A DNA stretch of 36,880 nucleotides, taken from positions 1-36,880 of the forward strand of contig JAGVWA010000020.1 of the NCBI GenBank assembly GCA_018304505.1, written 5' to 3'. Origin of the DNA: Nanobdellati archaeon (lineage in GTDB: Archaea; B1Sed10-29; JAGVWA01). Positions 1 to 9,127 of this stretch are shown here, piece after piece; within the stretch, counting starts at the first letter, position 1; each line of letters starts with the position of its first letter. Below the pieces are notes generated by a model. It saw only the letters and a program-made list of their open reading frames with translations, did not search any database and was not told the DNA's origin. Both the position numbers and the translations under genes were made by a program.

Positions 1-309
1 TCCTGTCGGCACGTGCGCACCGGTGGTTTTCTTTTGCGGCTTGCTTATAAAGTTCTCAAGAGCTTCAATGTCCGCCTTTGGAATCTTTTTGCTGCTGCTG
101 TTTTTTTCCTCGATGTCTTTTAGTGTTTCCGTAAGGCCAGTGAGTTTTTCGATTTCCATGGGGTCCTGTTCCTGTGATTTTGCCATGCCTACAGAGATCT
201 GCAGGCTGTTCGTCATGACCTTGATCTGCTCCTTGTCAGCTTCCTTTGCAACCTTGACAAGTTGTTCGATCTTGTTTTCAAGTTCGGTTCGTGCGTCGTT
301 TTCAGGCAT
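1..309 (-). CDS. Hypothetical charged/coiled-coil protein, partial (runs off left edge)
   Basis: Own translation of the minus strand from ATG at 309: MPENDARTELENKIEQLVKVAKEADKEQIKVMTNSLQ...GAHVPTG, open to position 1; divergent from the pilus locus. Confidence 0.6.
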   Translation of the reverse strand, partial: MPENDARTELENKIEQLVKVAKEADKEQIKVMTNSLQISVGMAKSQEQDPMEIEKLTGLTETLKDIEEKNSSSKKIPKADIEALENFISKPQKKTTGAHVPTG

Positions 310-439
310 TTCATCACGTATGGATAGTATTACTATTGTCTCCTTTTTTATACTATGCTGAAAGCGTTTCACTGTAGCTCCGTCGGCTTCAGTATGGTGT
401 ATTCTATAGTTTTATATAGTTTGATGGGGTTTTTATGGC

Positions 440-1573
440 ATGGGAATTCGTGGGCAGGTGGCTGCGGAATACGTTCTCTTAGTCGGCCTGCTGTTGCTTT
501 TAATCACGCCGTTCCTGTACTTCGGTTTCCAGAGTTCTGGCCAGCAAAGCAGGCTGCTGCAGGCCGAAAAACTCGTTTCGGATCTGGCGCAGGCTGCTGA
601 TTACGTGTATTCGCAGGGGGCCGGTTCCAGGGTGACGGTTTCTGGCATTATTCCTGGCGGTGTGACTTTTGAGGACTCGTATATTGGTAAGCCGCCCAAC
701 GCTACTGGCAACATTACCTCGAAGATCATTAATCTCGTGTTGCAGATAAACGGAATTGATCATGATGTTTGGAAGGAAACTGGTGCGGAGTTGTGTATTA
801 GCAGTCAGTGGCCTAGCGATTTTGGCGGCGCCTTTACAGGACCGGTTTTGTTTACGATAGAGGTTGAGGATGAGGGTTGCGTTTCAATTCTTCCGTTCGA
901 CGTGGGCTTCTTTGCAGAGCCACCAGTCATTGTTACTGATTGTATTACAGTGGGCGCGTCAGCGGGTTTCGTGATTACCCTAACCAATAATGATGAGGCA
1001 AACCCGGTAACGATAAGCGTTTCCGGTAGCGGCGCAGGCAGCAGCTTCATGTCGTTCAACAACACGAACGTGACGATTCCGGCAGACGGCACGGAAAAAA
1101 TACTTATGACGATAACGATTCCCACGGGGACATCGTTGGGTGTGCACTTTGGAAGCGTGGTTTTCCAGAGCAACGACACGGTTCAGGAAGTGCCGGTTGA
1201 CATCCTTGTTTGCGGCACGACTGATGGAAACCAGACAACAGAAGAGTGCTGTAATGCAACGTTGCTGAATTACACGATAGGAACGTTCGAGGATGAGGCT
1301 TGCTCTATTGCAGAAACAGTTTTTTACAAGCCAAGGACGACGGTTTTCAGCAGCACAGGTTGGCTTCCAGCTTCTAATCTGACCCTGGATTTAGATCACT
1401 CGAATACGAGCTCGGCAATTGGTTTCCCGGTCATTATCGCGGCAAATTCCACTGGTGGATTTAGTTACACATGGAATCCTGCCTTGCAGCCTGCCGATAA
1501 TTACTCAGTTTCGGTGACTGATGGCAACATCACAAGGTCAAATAATTTGGTGGTTAATGCATGTCCAACATAG
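440..1573 (+). CDS. Class III signal peptide minor pilin-like protein with Ig-like C-terminal domains
   Basis: N-terminus RG|QVAAEYVLLVGLLLLLI (Gly cleavage site, +5 Glu, hydrophobic helix); beta-rich Thr/Asn/Ser C-terminal region with many N-x-S/T sequons. Confidence 0.8.
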   Translation: MGIRGQVAAEYVLLVGLLLLLITPFLYFGFQSSGQQSRLLQAEKLVSDLAQAADYVYSQGAGSRVTVSGIIPGGVTFEDSYIGKPPNATGNITSKIINLVLQINGIDHDVWKETGAELCISSQWPSDFGGAFTGPVLFTIEVEDEGCVSILPFDVGFFAEPPVIVTDCITVGASAGFVITLTNNDEANPVTISVSGSGAGSSFMSFNNTNVTIPADGTEKILMTITIPTGTSLGVHFGSVVFQSNDTVQEVPVDILVCGTTDGNQTTEECCNATLLNYTIGTFEDEACSIAETVFYKPRTTVFSSTGWLPASNLTLDLDHSNTSSAIGFPVIIAANSTGGFSYTWNPALQPADNYSVSVTDGNITRSNNLVVNACPT

Positions 1574-4500
1574 CTCGAAGTTTGATGGTTGCCATGTTAG
1601 TGGTCTTGCTTATGTTTACAGGTATTGCTACTGACGCGACGATGTCTTACTATGACAGCGGTTCATCGTCAAGCCCAAAAATTCGACATTGGGATGAAGT
1701 GTCATGGTCAAGCGTGAGTAGTGCCGTGAGTACCGGGAACAACGATAACTTTCATGTTTTGAAAGCTTCACCTGTAAAGGATGAATTCATCCTCGCAGTT
1801 TCTGATTCTAGTAAGGATGTTAATGTGCAGGTGTACAACGGCTCTTCATGGGGAAATTTGGTTGAAGTGAGTATAGGCATCAATGATGCGGAGCAGCGTG
1901 GTTTTGATGTTGCTTATGAGTCGTTGTCTGGGGATGCGGTTATTGCTTATGGTGATGATCCCACGGATGGGATGTATTATCGTGTGTGGAATGGTTCTTC
2001 GTGGTCTTCGCAGGCGACGGTTTTTACGCACCCTAGTTCGGAGCCCGAGTGGGTTTCTTCGGCTTCGAATCCTTTTAGTGATGAGATTGTTGTTGTGTCG
2101 TTGCATCAGAATGGTGATGCGTATGCTGTGGTTTGGAATGGGAGTGCGTGGGGGGGTGAGTTTGAAATTTCTCCTAAGATTACGGATATTGATTCTACGT
2201 CGCCAGATGTTATGCCAATGGACGTGATTTATGAACAGCAGTCGGGCAGGGCTGTTGTGGTGTATGCAGAGGCTGTTACCACGCCACGTTACAGGATTTG
2301 GAATGGTTCTTCATGGAGTGCCGCGTCGAGCTTGAATTCTGTTGGATCTAGCGACGTGAAATTCATAAGGTTGGCCACAGACCCGAGCTCTAACACGATT
2401 TTGATGGGCAGCCTCGACGGTGGCAGCGATTTGAATGTGCAGGTATGGAATGGTAGCTCCTGGGGGACGAACACTGAATTGGATGACAGCATTGAAGGGA
2501 GCGTCGAAATGCACTTCGATGTTGCTTTTGAATCGCTATCTGGAAAGGGAATGGTATTGTTTGGCGACTTAGATCAGAATACCGCCGAGTATTATACATG
2601 GACTAGTGGTGGCGGTTGGAGTGCTTCGGCCCTTGCAGCAAGTGGAAATGATGACCCCCAGGTAGTCGAGTTAGAGGCCGACCCGAACAGCAACGAAATT
2701 TTTGGAATGATCGTTGACGTGCTCCTTGACGTGTCTGTTCAGAGGTGGACTGGTTCTGCATGGGTTGATTTCCAGGCAGTGGAACTTGGATCCAAGGCCA
2801 ATATGCACCCATTCGACATTGAATTCAAGCGTTATGTGCCGTCTGTTGCCAACGCTGTCACATTTGTTGACCCAACGCCTGCTAACGGATCTACAGTTAT
2901 CGTTGACAACGTTTTCATTAACGTTACGACGAACTTCGCCGGTTCAACAGGTTTGTTAGAGTGGAACGGCGTTAATGAATCAATGACTGTTGGCAACGCG
3001 ACAAATTTCTATAAAAGCAAAACTGGCCTTGCTAATGGTGTTTACACTTACCGTGTTTATGTGAACCATACAAATGGAACGTTCTATGTGTCTGAAACGC
3101 GAACTGTAGAAATCAGCGTGCTTGTGGTGTTTAATGGTACGGCGATGATGTCTTATTATGATGCTGGGCTCTTAGCGTTTCCGCAGATCCGCAGGTATAA
3201 TGGAAGTTCCTGGGGTGCTGCGGATAGTGCATTTGATACCGGCGGCAATGACAAGTTCCACGTGCTGGAATCTGCAACGACACGAAATGAGTTTGCTTTG
3301 GCTGTACAGGATGGAAGTGCTGATGTTAATGTGCAGATCTTTGATGGCGTTTCATGGGGTAACCTGTTGGAAGTTACTACAGCAGTAGATGAAACTGGCC
3401 AGAGGGGATTTGACATGGCCTATGAAACACTATCTGGAGACTTAATTATAGCTTACGGCAGCAATAACGACAACGAAGTCAGGTACAGGGTCTGGAACGG
3501 CAGCACATGGACTAGCGAGGCCTTTGCCATCAAGAATTCTAGCGCTACAACCGAGGCACAGTGGATAAGGCTTGTACCAAGTCCGTTAACAGATGAGGTC
3601 ATCCTAGTTGCAGGTCATGAAGATGGCGACGGCTTTGTCCAGGTCTGGAATGGAAATTCGTGGACAAACAACATTGAAATTTCAGCAAATCTTGAAGGCC
3701 TAGAAGGAACGGACACTGACACAATGGCCTTTGATGCAATTTATGAACAGCAATCGGGTCGCGGGGTAGTTGTTTACGCAGAGGATGGGTCAAGCAGTCC
3801 GAAATACAGGACATGGAATGGTTCATCTTGGTCTTCTGAGTTGAGCTTGAACAGCGTTGGTAGTAGTGATATGCGCTGGATTCGTTTGGCTGCAGACCCT
3901 GGCTCGGACAGAATCATTATGGCGAGTGTCGATTCCAGCAGCGATTTGAATGTGCAGGTTTGGAGTGGGTCTTCTTGGGGAAGCAACACTGAGCTTGATG
4001 GAAGCATTGAAAGTTATACAACAAGGACGTTTGACGTCGCTTTCGAGACGAGCAGTGGCACTGGCTTGCTGTTGTTCGGCGACTCGGATCAGGATAGGGC
4101 AGAGTACTATACATGGACTAATACTAGCGGATGGAGCACATCCGCACTTGCAGCCGCTGGCACCACTGATCCAAAAATGGTCCGCTTGGTTTCGAGCCCT
4201 GCTAGTGATGAAATGTTTGGAATGATCATTGACGATGGCAGTGACGTTAGTGTGCAAAGGTGGACGGGCTCTGCATGGACTGATTTTTTAGAGGTCGAAA
4301 CAGGCTCGATAGCCCTCAATTTCCCATTCGCAATCGTTTATGGCAAGGCGAATGTGACTCCACCAGCTGTTGGAAACCAGGTTACGTTCGTTGCGCCAAC
4401 CCCTGCAAGCGGCGCGGACTTGAATGCAACATCGTTAGTAATAAACGTCACGACAAACTTCAACGGCTCTACGGGAATTCTTGACTGGAACGGAACAAAT

Positions 4501-5940
4501 CAGACGATGGTCAATGCTAGTGCTACGAATTACTATCAGAACAAAACTGGCCTTGCTAATGGTCTTTACACTTACCGTGTTTATGTGAACCACACAAATG
4601 GAACGTTCTATGTAACAGAGGCACGCAACGTCACGATAAACTTCACGTTTGACTATAATCCTGGTTCCCTGACGGTCTCGCAGAAAAATCTGACAAATTG
4701 CCCAACCAGGATATGTATTAAGATCACGAAGAGCAAGCCCAGTACGTACAGCAAGATCCTACTCGATCCTGGGAACGTGACGCAGCTGCAGAACCTGAGC
4801 ATTTCAGAGGACGAGCACATCGAGTATTATAACTTGACGACGACTGACTTGACGGGAAACTGGACAGTCCAGGTTTCGGAACTGTTCTGTCGGCTAGACC
4901 TTGAATTCAACTTAACTGTGCTTGATCAACCCGTCAACGAAACCGGCGACGGAGAACCGCCGGATGACGATGATTGTACAATATTCGCTATTGATGACGA
5001 TCAGGATGAGTTGCAGGTCATCGACCTGTTCGGGTCGCTGAACATCACGATTATTGGTGAAACTAGAACGAGCAGTGGGAAATTGATTGACGAGATCGAG
5101 TCACTAGAAATGATTGGCGAAGATCTCTACGGCGCAACAGACATTGGAGGTAAGAATTCAAGGTTCTACAAAATCAACCCCAAAACAGCACAGACAACCC
5201 TCATCGGCGATACTGGGTATGAGGACATTGAAGGCCTTGCATATGATGAAATCAATGGCATAATGTATGCAATTAGCGGCGCCACAGATCAACTTTTAAC
5301 AATAAACATAACCACCGGCGCTGCTACCGCGATCGCTAACATAAGCCTGAACGTGAAAATCGAAGGCCTGGCTTACGACGCAACAGAGAATGTGTTGTAT
5401 GCGGCTGACGACTCGACGAATAAGTTGTTAAAGATCAATATAAGCACTGGCATTGCAACAGATTTGGGGCTTATCCAACTTGATGGTGAAACGTTGACGC
5501 ACATTGAGGCGCTCGAAATTCTACCCTCCAGCATGTTGATCGGAGCAAACGACAAGACCGGAGTAATAGTGTCGATAAGCAAAACCAACGCCGTAGCAAC
5601 GAGACTGACGCCCGACAACACACACCCGGATTATGAGGGCATGGTGTGCTCACTAACGGTGTCTCTTGACGACATCTGCGTTGACAGGGACAACGATGAC
5701 ATTTGCGACAACATTGACGCGTGTGTTGATGAAGACGATGACGGTGAATGCGACGATGTCGACATGTGCATCGACGATGACGACGATGATGACTGTGATG
5801 ACGTTGACGACATATGCATAGATAGGGACCATGATGAAGATTGTGATGACGTTGACGCTTGCGTTGATGAAAACGATGACGGCAAATGCGACCTTGGGGT
5901 GTGTGATGACGATGACAATAATGATTTCTGCGATGGCTAG
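1561..5940 (+). CDS. Large secreted putative adhesin (two WNGSSW-repeat propeller-like modules, two Ig-like domains, C-terminal propeller-like region, Asp/Cys-rich tail)
   Basis: Sec-type signal peptide; repeated V/IWNGSSWS blades; internal duplication of about 508 aa; GLAYD-type repeats near the C-terminus; six CxDxD/NxxxxCD repeats; no C-terminal TM. Confidence 0.85.
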   Translation: MSNIARSLMVAMLVVLLMFTGIATDATMSYYDSGSSSSPKIRHWDEVSWSSVSSAVSTGNNDNFHVLKASPVKDEFILAVSDSSKDVNVQVYNGSSWGNLVEVSIGINDAEQRGFDVAYESLSGDAVIAYGDDPTDGMYYRVWNGSSWSSQATVFTHPSSEPEWVSSASNPFSDEIVVVSLHQNGDAYAVVWNGSAWGGEFEISPKITDIDSTSPDVMPMDVIYEQQSGRAVVVYAEAVTTPRYRIWNGSSWSAASSLNSVGSSDVKFIRLATDPSSNTILMGSLDGGSDLNVQVWNGSSWGTNTELDDSIEGSVEMHFDVAFESLSGKGMVLFGDLDQNTAEYYTWTSGGGWSASALAASGNDDPQVVELEADPNSNEIFGMIVDVLLDVSVQRWTGSAWVDFQAVELGSKANMHPFDIEFKRYVPSVANAVTFVDPTPANGSTVIVDNVFINVTTNFAGSTGLLEWNGVNESMTVGNATNFYKSKTGLANGVYTYRVYVNHTNGTFYVSETRTVEISVLVVFNGTAMMSYYDAGLLAFPQIRRYNGSSWGAADSAFDTGGNDKFHVLESATTRNEFALAVQDGSADVNVQIFDGVSWGNLLEVTTAVDETGQRGFDMAYETLSGDLIIAYGSNNDNEVRYRVWNGSTWTSEAFAIKNSSATTEAQWIRLVPSPLTDEVILVAGHEDGDGFVQVWNGNSWTNNIEISANLEGLEGTDTDTMAFDAIYEQQSGRGVVVYAEDGSSSPKYRTWNGSSWSSELSLNSVGSSDMRWIRLAADPGSDRIIMASVDSSSDLNVQVWSGSSWGSNTELDGSIESYTTRTFDVAFETSSGTGLLLFGDSDQDRAEYYTWTNTSGWSTSALAAAGTTDPKMVRLVSSPASDEMFGMIIDDGSDVSVQRWTGSAWTDFLEVETGSIALNFPFAIVYGKANVTPPAVGNQVTFVAPTPASGADLNATSLVINVTTNFNGSTGILDWNGTNQTMVNASATNYYQNKTGLANGLYTYRVYVNHTNGTFYVTEARNVTINFTFDYNPGSLTVSQKNLTNCPTRICIKITKSKPSTYSKILLDPGNVTQLQNLSISEDEHIEYYNLTTTDLTGNWTVQVSELFCRLDLEFNLTVLDQPVNETGDGEPPDDDDCTIFAIDDDQDELQVIDLFGSLNITIIGETRTSSGKLIDEIESLEMIGEDLYGATDIGGKNSRFYKINPKTAQTTLIGDTGYEDIEGLAYDEINGIMYAISGATDQLLTINITTGAATAIANISLNVKIEGLAYDATENVLYAADDSTNKLLKINISTGIATDLGLIQLDGETLTHIEALEILPSSMLIGANDKTGVIVSISKTNAVATRLTPDNTHPDYEGMVCSLTVSLDDICVDRDNDDICDNIDACVDEDDDGECDDVDMCIDDDDDDDCDDVDDICIDRDHDEDCDDVDACVDENDDGKCDLGVCDDDDNNDFCDG
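3018..4613 (+). repeat. Near-identical 72-bp repeat pair (3018-3089 and 4542-4613) in the two Ig-like domains
   Basis: CAAAACTGGCCTTGCTAATGGT...GGAACGTTCTATGT with 2 mismatches, offset 1524 nt. Confidence 0.9.
5677..5937 (+). repeat. Six Cys/Asp-rich thrombospondin type-3-like repeats
   Basis: CVDRDNDDICD, CVDEDDDGECD, CIDDDDDDDCD, CIDRDHDEDCD, CVDENDDGKCD, CDDDDNNDFCD. Confidence 0.8.
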
Positions 5941-5997
5941 CGGGTATTAATGAATTTCTAAAGCATGTTTAAATAGCTTCTCTGATTCTTTTACAAC

Positions 5998-6408
5998 ATG
6001 TCGGTTTCGCGCGGCCAGGCCTCATTTGAGTTCCTTGGGGCGTTCACAGTATTCTTTGTCTTAGTGTTGATTTTCATCGGCCTGTTTTTTTCGCGGGCAG
6101 GCGACGTCGTTGAACTAAATTCCCTTTCGAGGACGGTCCAGTTCGCCGATGATATTTCGAACAAGATCAACATCATCAGCGTTGAGGGCCATGGTGCCGC
6201 TATTGAATTCGATCTCGACGAGCAATTGTACGGCGAAAACTACACACTGGAATTGAATACCACAAACCGCGTCCTCGAGGTCATTACGGAAGACGAGACT
6301 GAGTACGCAACAGCATATCTGATTACGGACAACGTTGAAGTGATTTCATGGAACTATGGCGGCACCCAAGTTATTGAAAACGTGAACGGCAAGGTGATTG
6401 TGAAGTGA
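5998..6408 (+). CDS. Minor pilin-like protein, class III signal peptide
   Basis: RG|QASFEFLGAFTVFFVLVLIF. Confidence 0.8.
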   Translation: MSVSRGQASFEFLGAFTVFFVLVLIFIGLFFSRAGDVVELNSLSRTVQFADDISNKINIISVEGHGAAIEFDLDEQLYGENYTLELNTTNRVLEVITEDETEYATAYLITDNVEVISWNYGGTQVIENVNGKVIVK

Positions 6409-6857
6409 ATCTAAAACAAAGATCAAAAGGACAACTGTTCCTTGCCGACGTGTCCCTGGCTGTTCTGGTGTTTGCCCTGATGCTCCTTGTAGCGTTCTTC
6501 CTGTTCAATTCCTTGATGGCGCGTACCGGCAACACCGTGGCGTACACGAAGCTCGAAAAAAAAGCAGAGTTTGTTACTGACGCAGTTTACAACAGCATCT
6601 CTGACAACGCGGTGTTCGACAACACGTCAACGTTCAATTTCTTCCAGCAAAACCAGACGCAGGTAGACGCGCTGTTCGACATCAGCCACAATTTCACGAT
6701 CAAGCTAACTGATTCTGCTGGCGCGGTGTTGCTGCTGAACAACGCGAGCATGTCTGTCGGGCAGGATCCAGCTAGGGACGTCAGGAACATCGTTACTGCC
6801 AGGCGCATTGGTTTACTCAATGGCACAGCTGCAAAGGTGGTGATGAAGATATGGTAG
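6405..6857 (+). CDS. Minor pilin-like protein, class III signal peptide
   Basis: KG|QLFLADVSLAVLVFALMLL; GTG start overlaps the previous stop. Confidence 0.78.
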   Translation: MNLKQRSKGQLFLADVSLAVLVFALMLLVAFFLFNSLMARTGNTVAYTKLEKKAEFVTDAVYNSISDNAVFDNTSTFNFFQQNQTQVDALFDISHNFTIKLTDSAGAVLLLNNASMSVGQDPARDVRNIVTARRIGLLNGTAAKVVMKIW

Positions 6858-7306
6858 ACGGGCGAGGCAGCACAGGGAGGGGCTTTGTCTTTTCGTTTGA
6901 TGCGGTTGTTGGTTTAGTGTTCATGATACTCTTTGGGAGCTTTATTATATCCTATCTTGACCAGTCAGACTTTTCCCAATACAGGCTGTACGAGAGGTAT
7001 GCAGCTGCAGATAGCGGTTTGACCGCCATCATCGCATCGGGATCTGTGCAGACTGCTGTCAATGAATCAATACAAGTTGGGTCGCAAACAGCTGGGGCGA
7101 CCTTGCGTGGTGTAATGGGCCTGCTCGAAGGCGGGGCTAGGTATCAATTGCAAATCGAGGTATTCAACTCAACAGCCAAGTACGTTGACATTTCAGAAAG
7201 CACGCCACGCGGAAGGATACCAACGACGCGTGACACGGTTTTGGTTTCAAGAAAGGTATTCAGTTATGGGGGAGATTATGGAATCGCAACGCTCAGGACA
7301 TGGTGA
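6851..7306 (+). CDS. Minor pilin-like protein, class III signal peptide
   Basis: RG|FVFSFDAVVGLVFMILF; C-terminal ...LRTW resembles neighbour's ...MKIW. Confidence 0.78.
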   Translation: MVDGRGSTGRGFVFSFDAVVGLVFMILFGSFIISYLDQSDFSQYRLYERYAAADSGLTAIIASGSVQTAVNESIQVGSQTAGATLRGVMGLLEGGARYQLQIEVFNSTAKYVDISESTPRGRIPTTRDTVLVSRKVFSYGGDYGIATLRTW

Positions 7307-7313
7307 TGGCGCA

Positions 7314-8384
7314 ATGATAAACGGAGGCAAGGGCTTCATTTTCACGTTGGCAGCAACCGCGGCATTCATTATGATTTTAGCAGCCATGGTGTTCTTCATT
7401 ATCAACCAGGCGCAGAAGAGCCCCCTGCTCATTAATGTCAAGCAGAACATGGGCCTTCAGGATTCTGTTTTCAAGCTTTTGAATGACAAGCTCATGTTAA
7501 ATCATTCACGGACAAGCAACACCTATATGATTACAGAGGCGTATGCCCCGACCAAGCAGTCGTCGTTGGCAACAAAGGTGGCGTCGATAGCCGCGATTGC
7601 AAATACCACAGCATTCCGGTCTGGCCTGAACTTCTCGTTCAACAACCAGGGCTTCTCGCTGCTGAACCTGAGGTCAAAGGGTTTCTCCTATTACTGGTTG
7701 TCCAACACGGATCTGCTGATTGAGGCGAACTCAAGCCATGAAAACTTCACAGCGTTGAATTTGTCTTTCTCCACAACCGCGAACTCAAACAACATAACCA
7801 ACAACTGCTCAGGCAGCGGTAATGTAACAATCACCGTGGCTTCAAATAATCAACAAGCGTCAGCGACACCAACAGGGAGCTGTACGATAACCATCAATTA
7901 CCCAAGTAATTCGATTGCCGTGAACTACATCAGCGACAATTCCTGGAACGTGTCGTTCGCTGGCATGCCAGACAACGCAGTAATCACGGCTAACATTTCA
8001 GTAAGCCCAGGCACGAATTTCGCAGACTTCAGCAGCATAATTTACAGGGCAACGCTGACGACATCCAACCCTGGAGTTACGGAACCAACATACCCTGGCA
8101 CAACTGCTGCGATAAAATACTTTGGAAACGTCACTGTGGAAGCCCAGGTATACCAAGTAATCGTTATTGATTATGACAATGATTCGGTGTATGAATCGGC
8201 ATACTTTGACGTGGATCAGGACAACGCCTTTAACAGCAGTGCAGACCTTAAGTTAGTGAGGCGGGGCGTAGCAATATATTTAAACAACAGGGTCCTTCTA
8301 GTGGACAGTGGCACTGCGGAAATCACCTTACTGAGTAAGCTTGGCGTTTTCGCAAAACGAGGGGAAGTTACAGTGATTCGATGA
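7314..8384 (+). CDS. Large minor pilin-like protein, class III signal peptide
   Basis: Start moved to ATG 7314 after a GGTGAT RBS; KG|FIFTLAATAAFIMILAAMVFFII; Asn/Ser/Thr-rich extracellular domain; DYDNDS and DVDQDN motifs. Confidence 0.75.
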   Translation: MINGGKGFIFTLAATAAFIMILAAMVFFIINQAQKSPLLINVKQNMGLQDSVFKLLNDKLMLNHSRTSNTYMITEAYAPTKQSSLATKVASIAAIANTTAFRSGLNFSFNNQGFSLLNLRSKGFSYYWLSNTDLLIEANSSHENFTALNLSFSTTANSNNITNNCSGSGNVTITVASNNQQASATPTGSCTITINYPSNSIAVNYISDNSWNVSFAGMPDNAVITANISVSPGTNFADFSSIIYRATLTTSNPGVTEPTYPGTTAAIKYFGNVTVEAQVYQVIVIDYDNDSVYESAYFDVDQDNAFNSSADLKLVRRGVAIYLNNRVLLVDSGTAEITLLSKLGVFAKRGEVTVIR

Positions 8385-9127
8385 AGGAAAACATTGAGAC
8401 GAAGGCTGACCAGCTGTATAGCATGGTGATAAAGCAGAAGAAAATAAGCATTAGCGAGGTAGCCAAGGTCTTGGACATGGAGCCGCAGCTTGCAGAAAAA
8501 TGGGGCAAGGTGCTGGCAGAGGACAAGTTCATAAGAATGGTTTACCCGTCAAACATCCTGCAGGAGCCGTACCTTGAAGCTGTGGCAGAAATTGCTGAAG
8601 CCCCAAAGACCAAAAAATCAGACAACATCTTCGACATCTTGAGAAAAGGCCTCGTTGGTTTCGAGGAATGGAAGGAGGAAAAAATGCAGATGAAGGCAAA
8701 GCTCGAGAAAATAGAGCAGACGGAAAAGGAGTTCTTCAAAAAGCACAAGGAGGAAATTAAGGCGCAAACAGGGATGAAACACAGGGCCAAGGCGCTCCCA
8801 AGCAGCCTCATGGACAGGCAGGCCGCCAAGAGGCTTGAAAACCTGAGGCTCGTCAATGAAGCAGAAGCCAAGAAGGCAGAAGGCGCACTACTGGAAATGT
8901 ACAACGCAGGCCTTGTTGGAAAAAAACTCAGCGATGATGAACTAAAGCAGGTCCTCAGTGATCCGCAAAAGGCGATTGAAAATGCGCAAGCGCCAGACAA
9001 GGCAAAAGAAAGCATGGACAAGCGATATGTAAAAGCGATATCCGCAAGGGCAAAACAAGTAGTGACAAAACAGGTGGTCAAGAGCAAACCAGAGAAAGCA
9101 CCCCGGATAAGCAGCAAAAAGAAGTGA
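8381..9127 (+). CDS. Pilus-locus cytoplasmic protein with N-terminal wHTH-like domain and Lys/Glu coiled coil
   Basis: IETKADQLYSMV..KKISISEVAKVLDM..LAEKWGKVLAEDKFIRMVYP; translationally coupled to both neighbours. Confidence 0.7.
   Translation: MKENIETKADQLYSMVIKQKKISISEVAKVLDMEPQLAEKWGKVLAEDKFIRMVYPSNILQEPYLEAVAEIAEAPKTKKSDNIFDILRKGLVGFEEWKEEKMQMKAKLEKIEQTEKEFFKKHKEEIKAQTGMKHRAKALPSSLMDRQAAKRLENLRLVNEAEAKKAEGALLEMYNAGLVGKKLSDDELKQVLSDPQKAIENAQAPDKAKESMDKRYVKAISARAKQVVTKQVVKSKPEKAPRISSKKK

Noticed and set aside
23-361. Plus-strand 112-aa ORF
   Set aside because: Ser/Phe-rich shadow of the more plausible minus-strand gene starting at 309
3018-4613. Possible DGR template/variable repeat pair
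   Set aside because: The two mismatches (G/C, T/C) are not at adenines, both copies are in frame in one gene, and no reverse transcriptase is present
7185-7313. N-terminal extension of the 399-aa ORF
   Set aside because: Overlaps the upstream pilin-like gene; the RBS and class III signal point to ATG 7314
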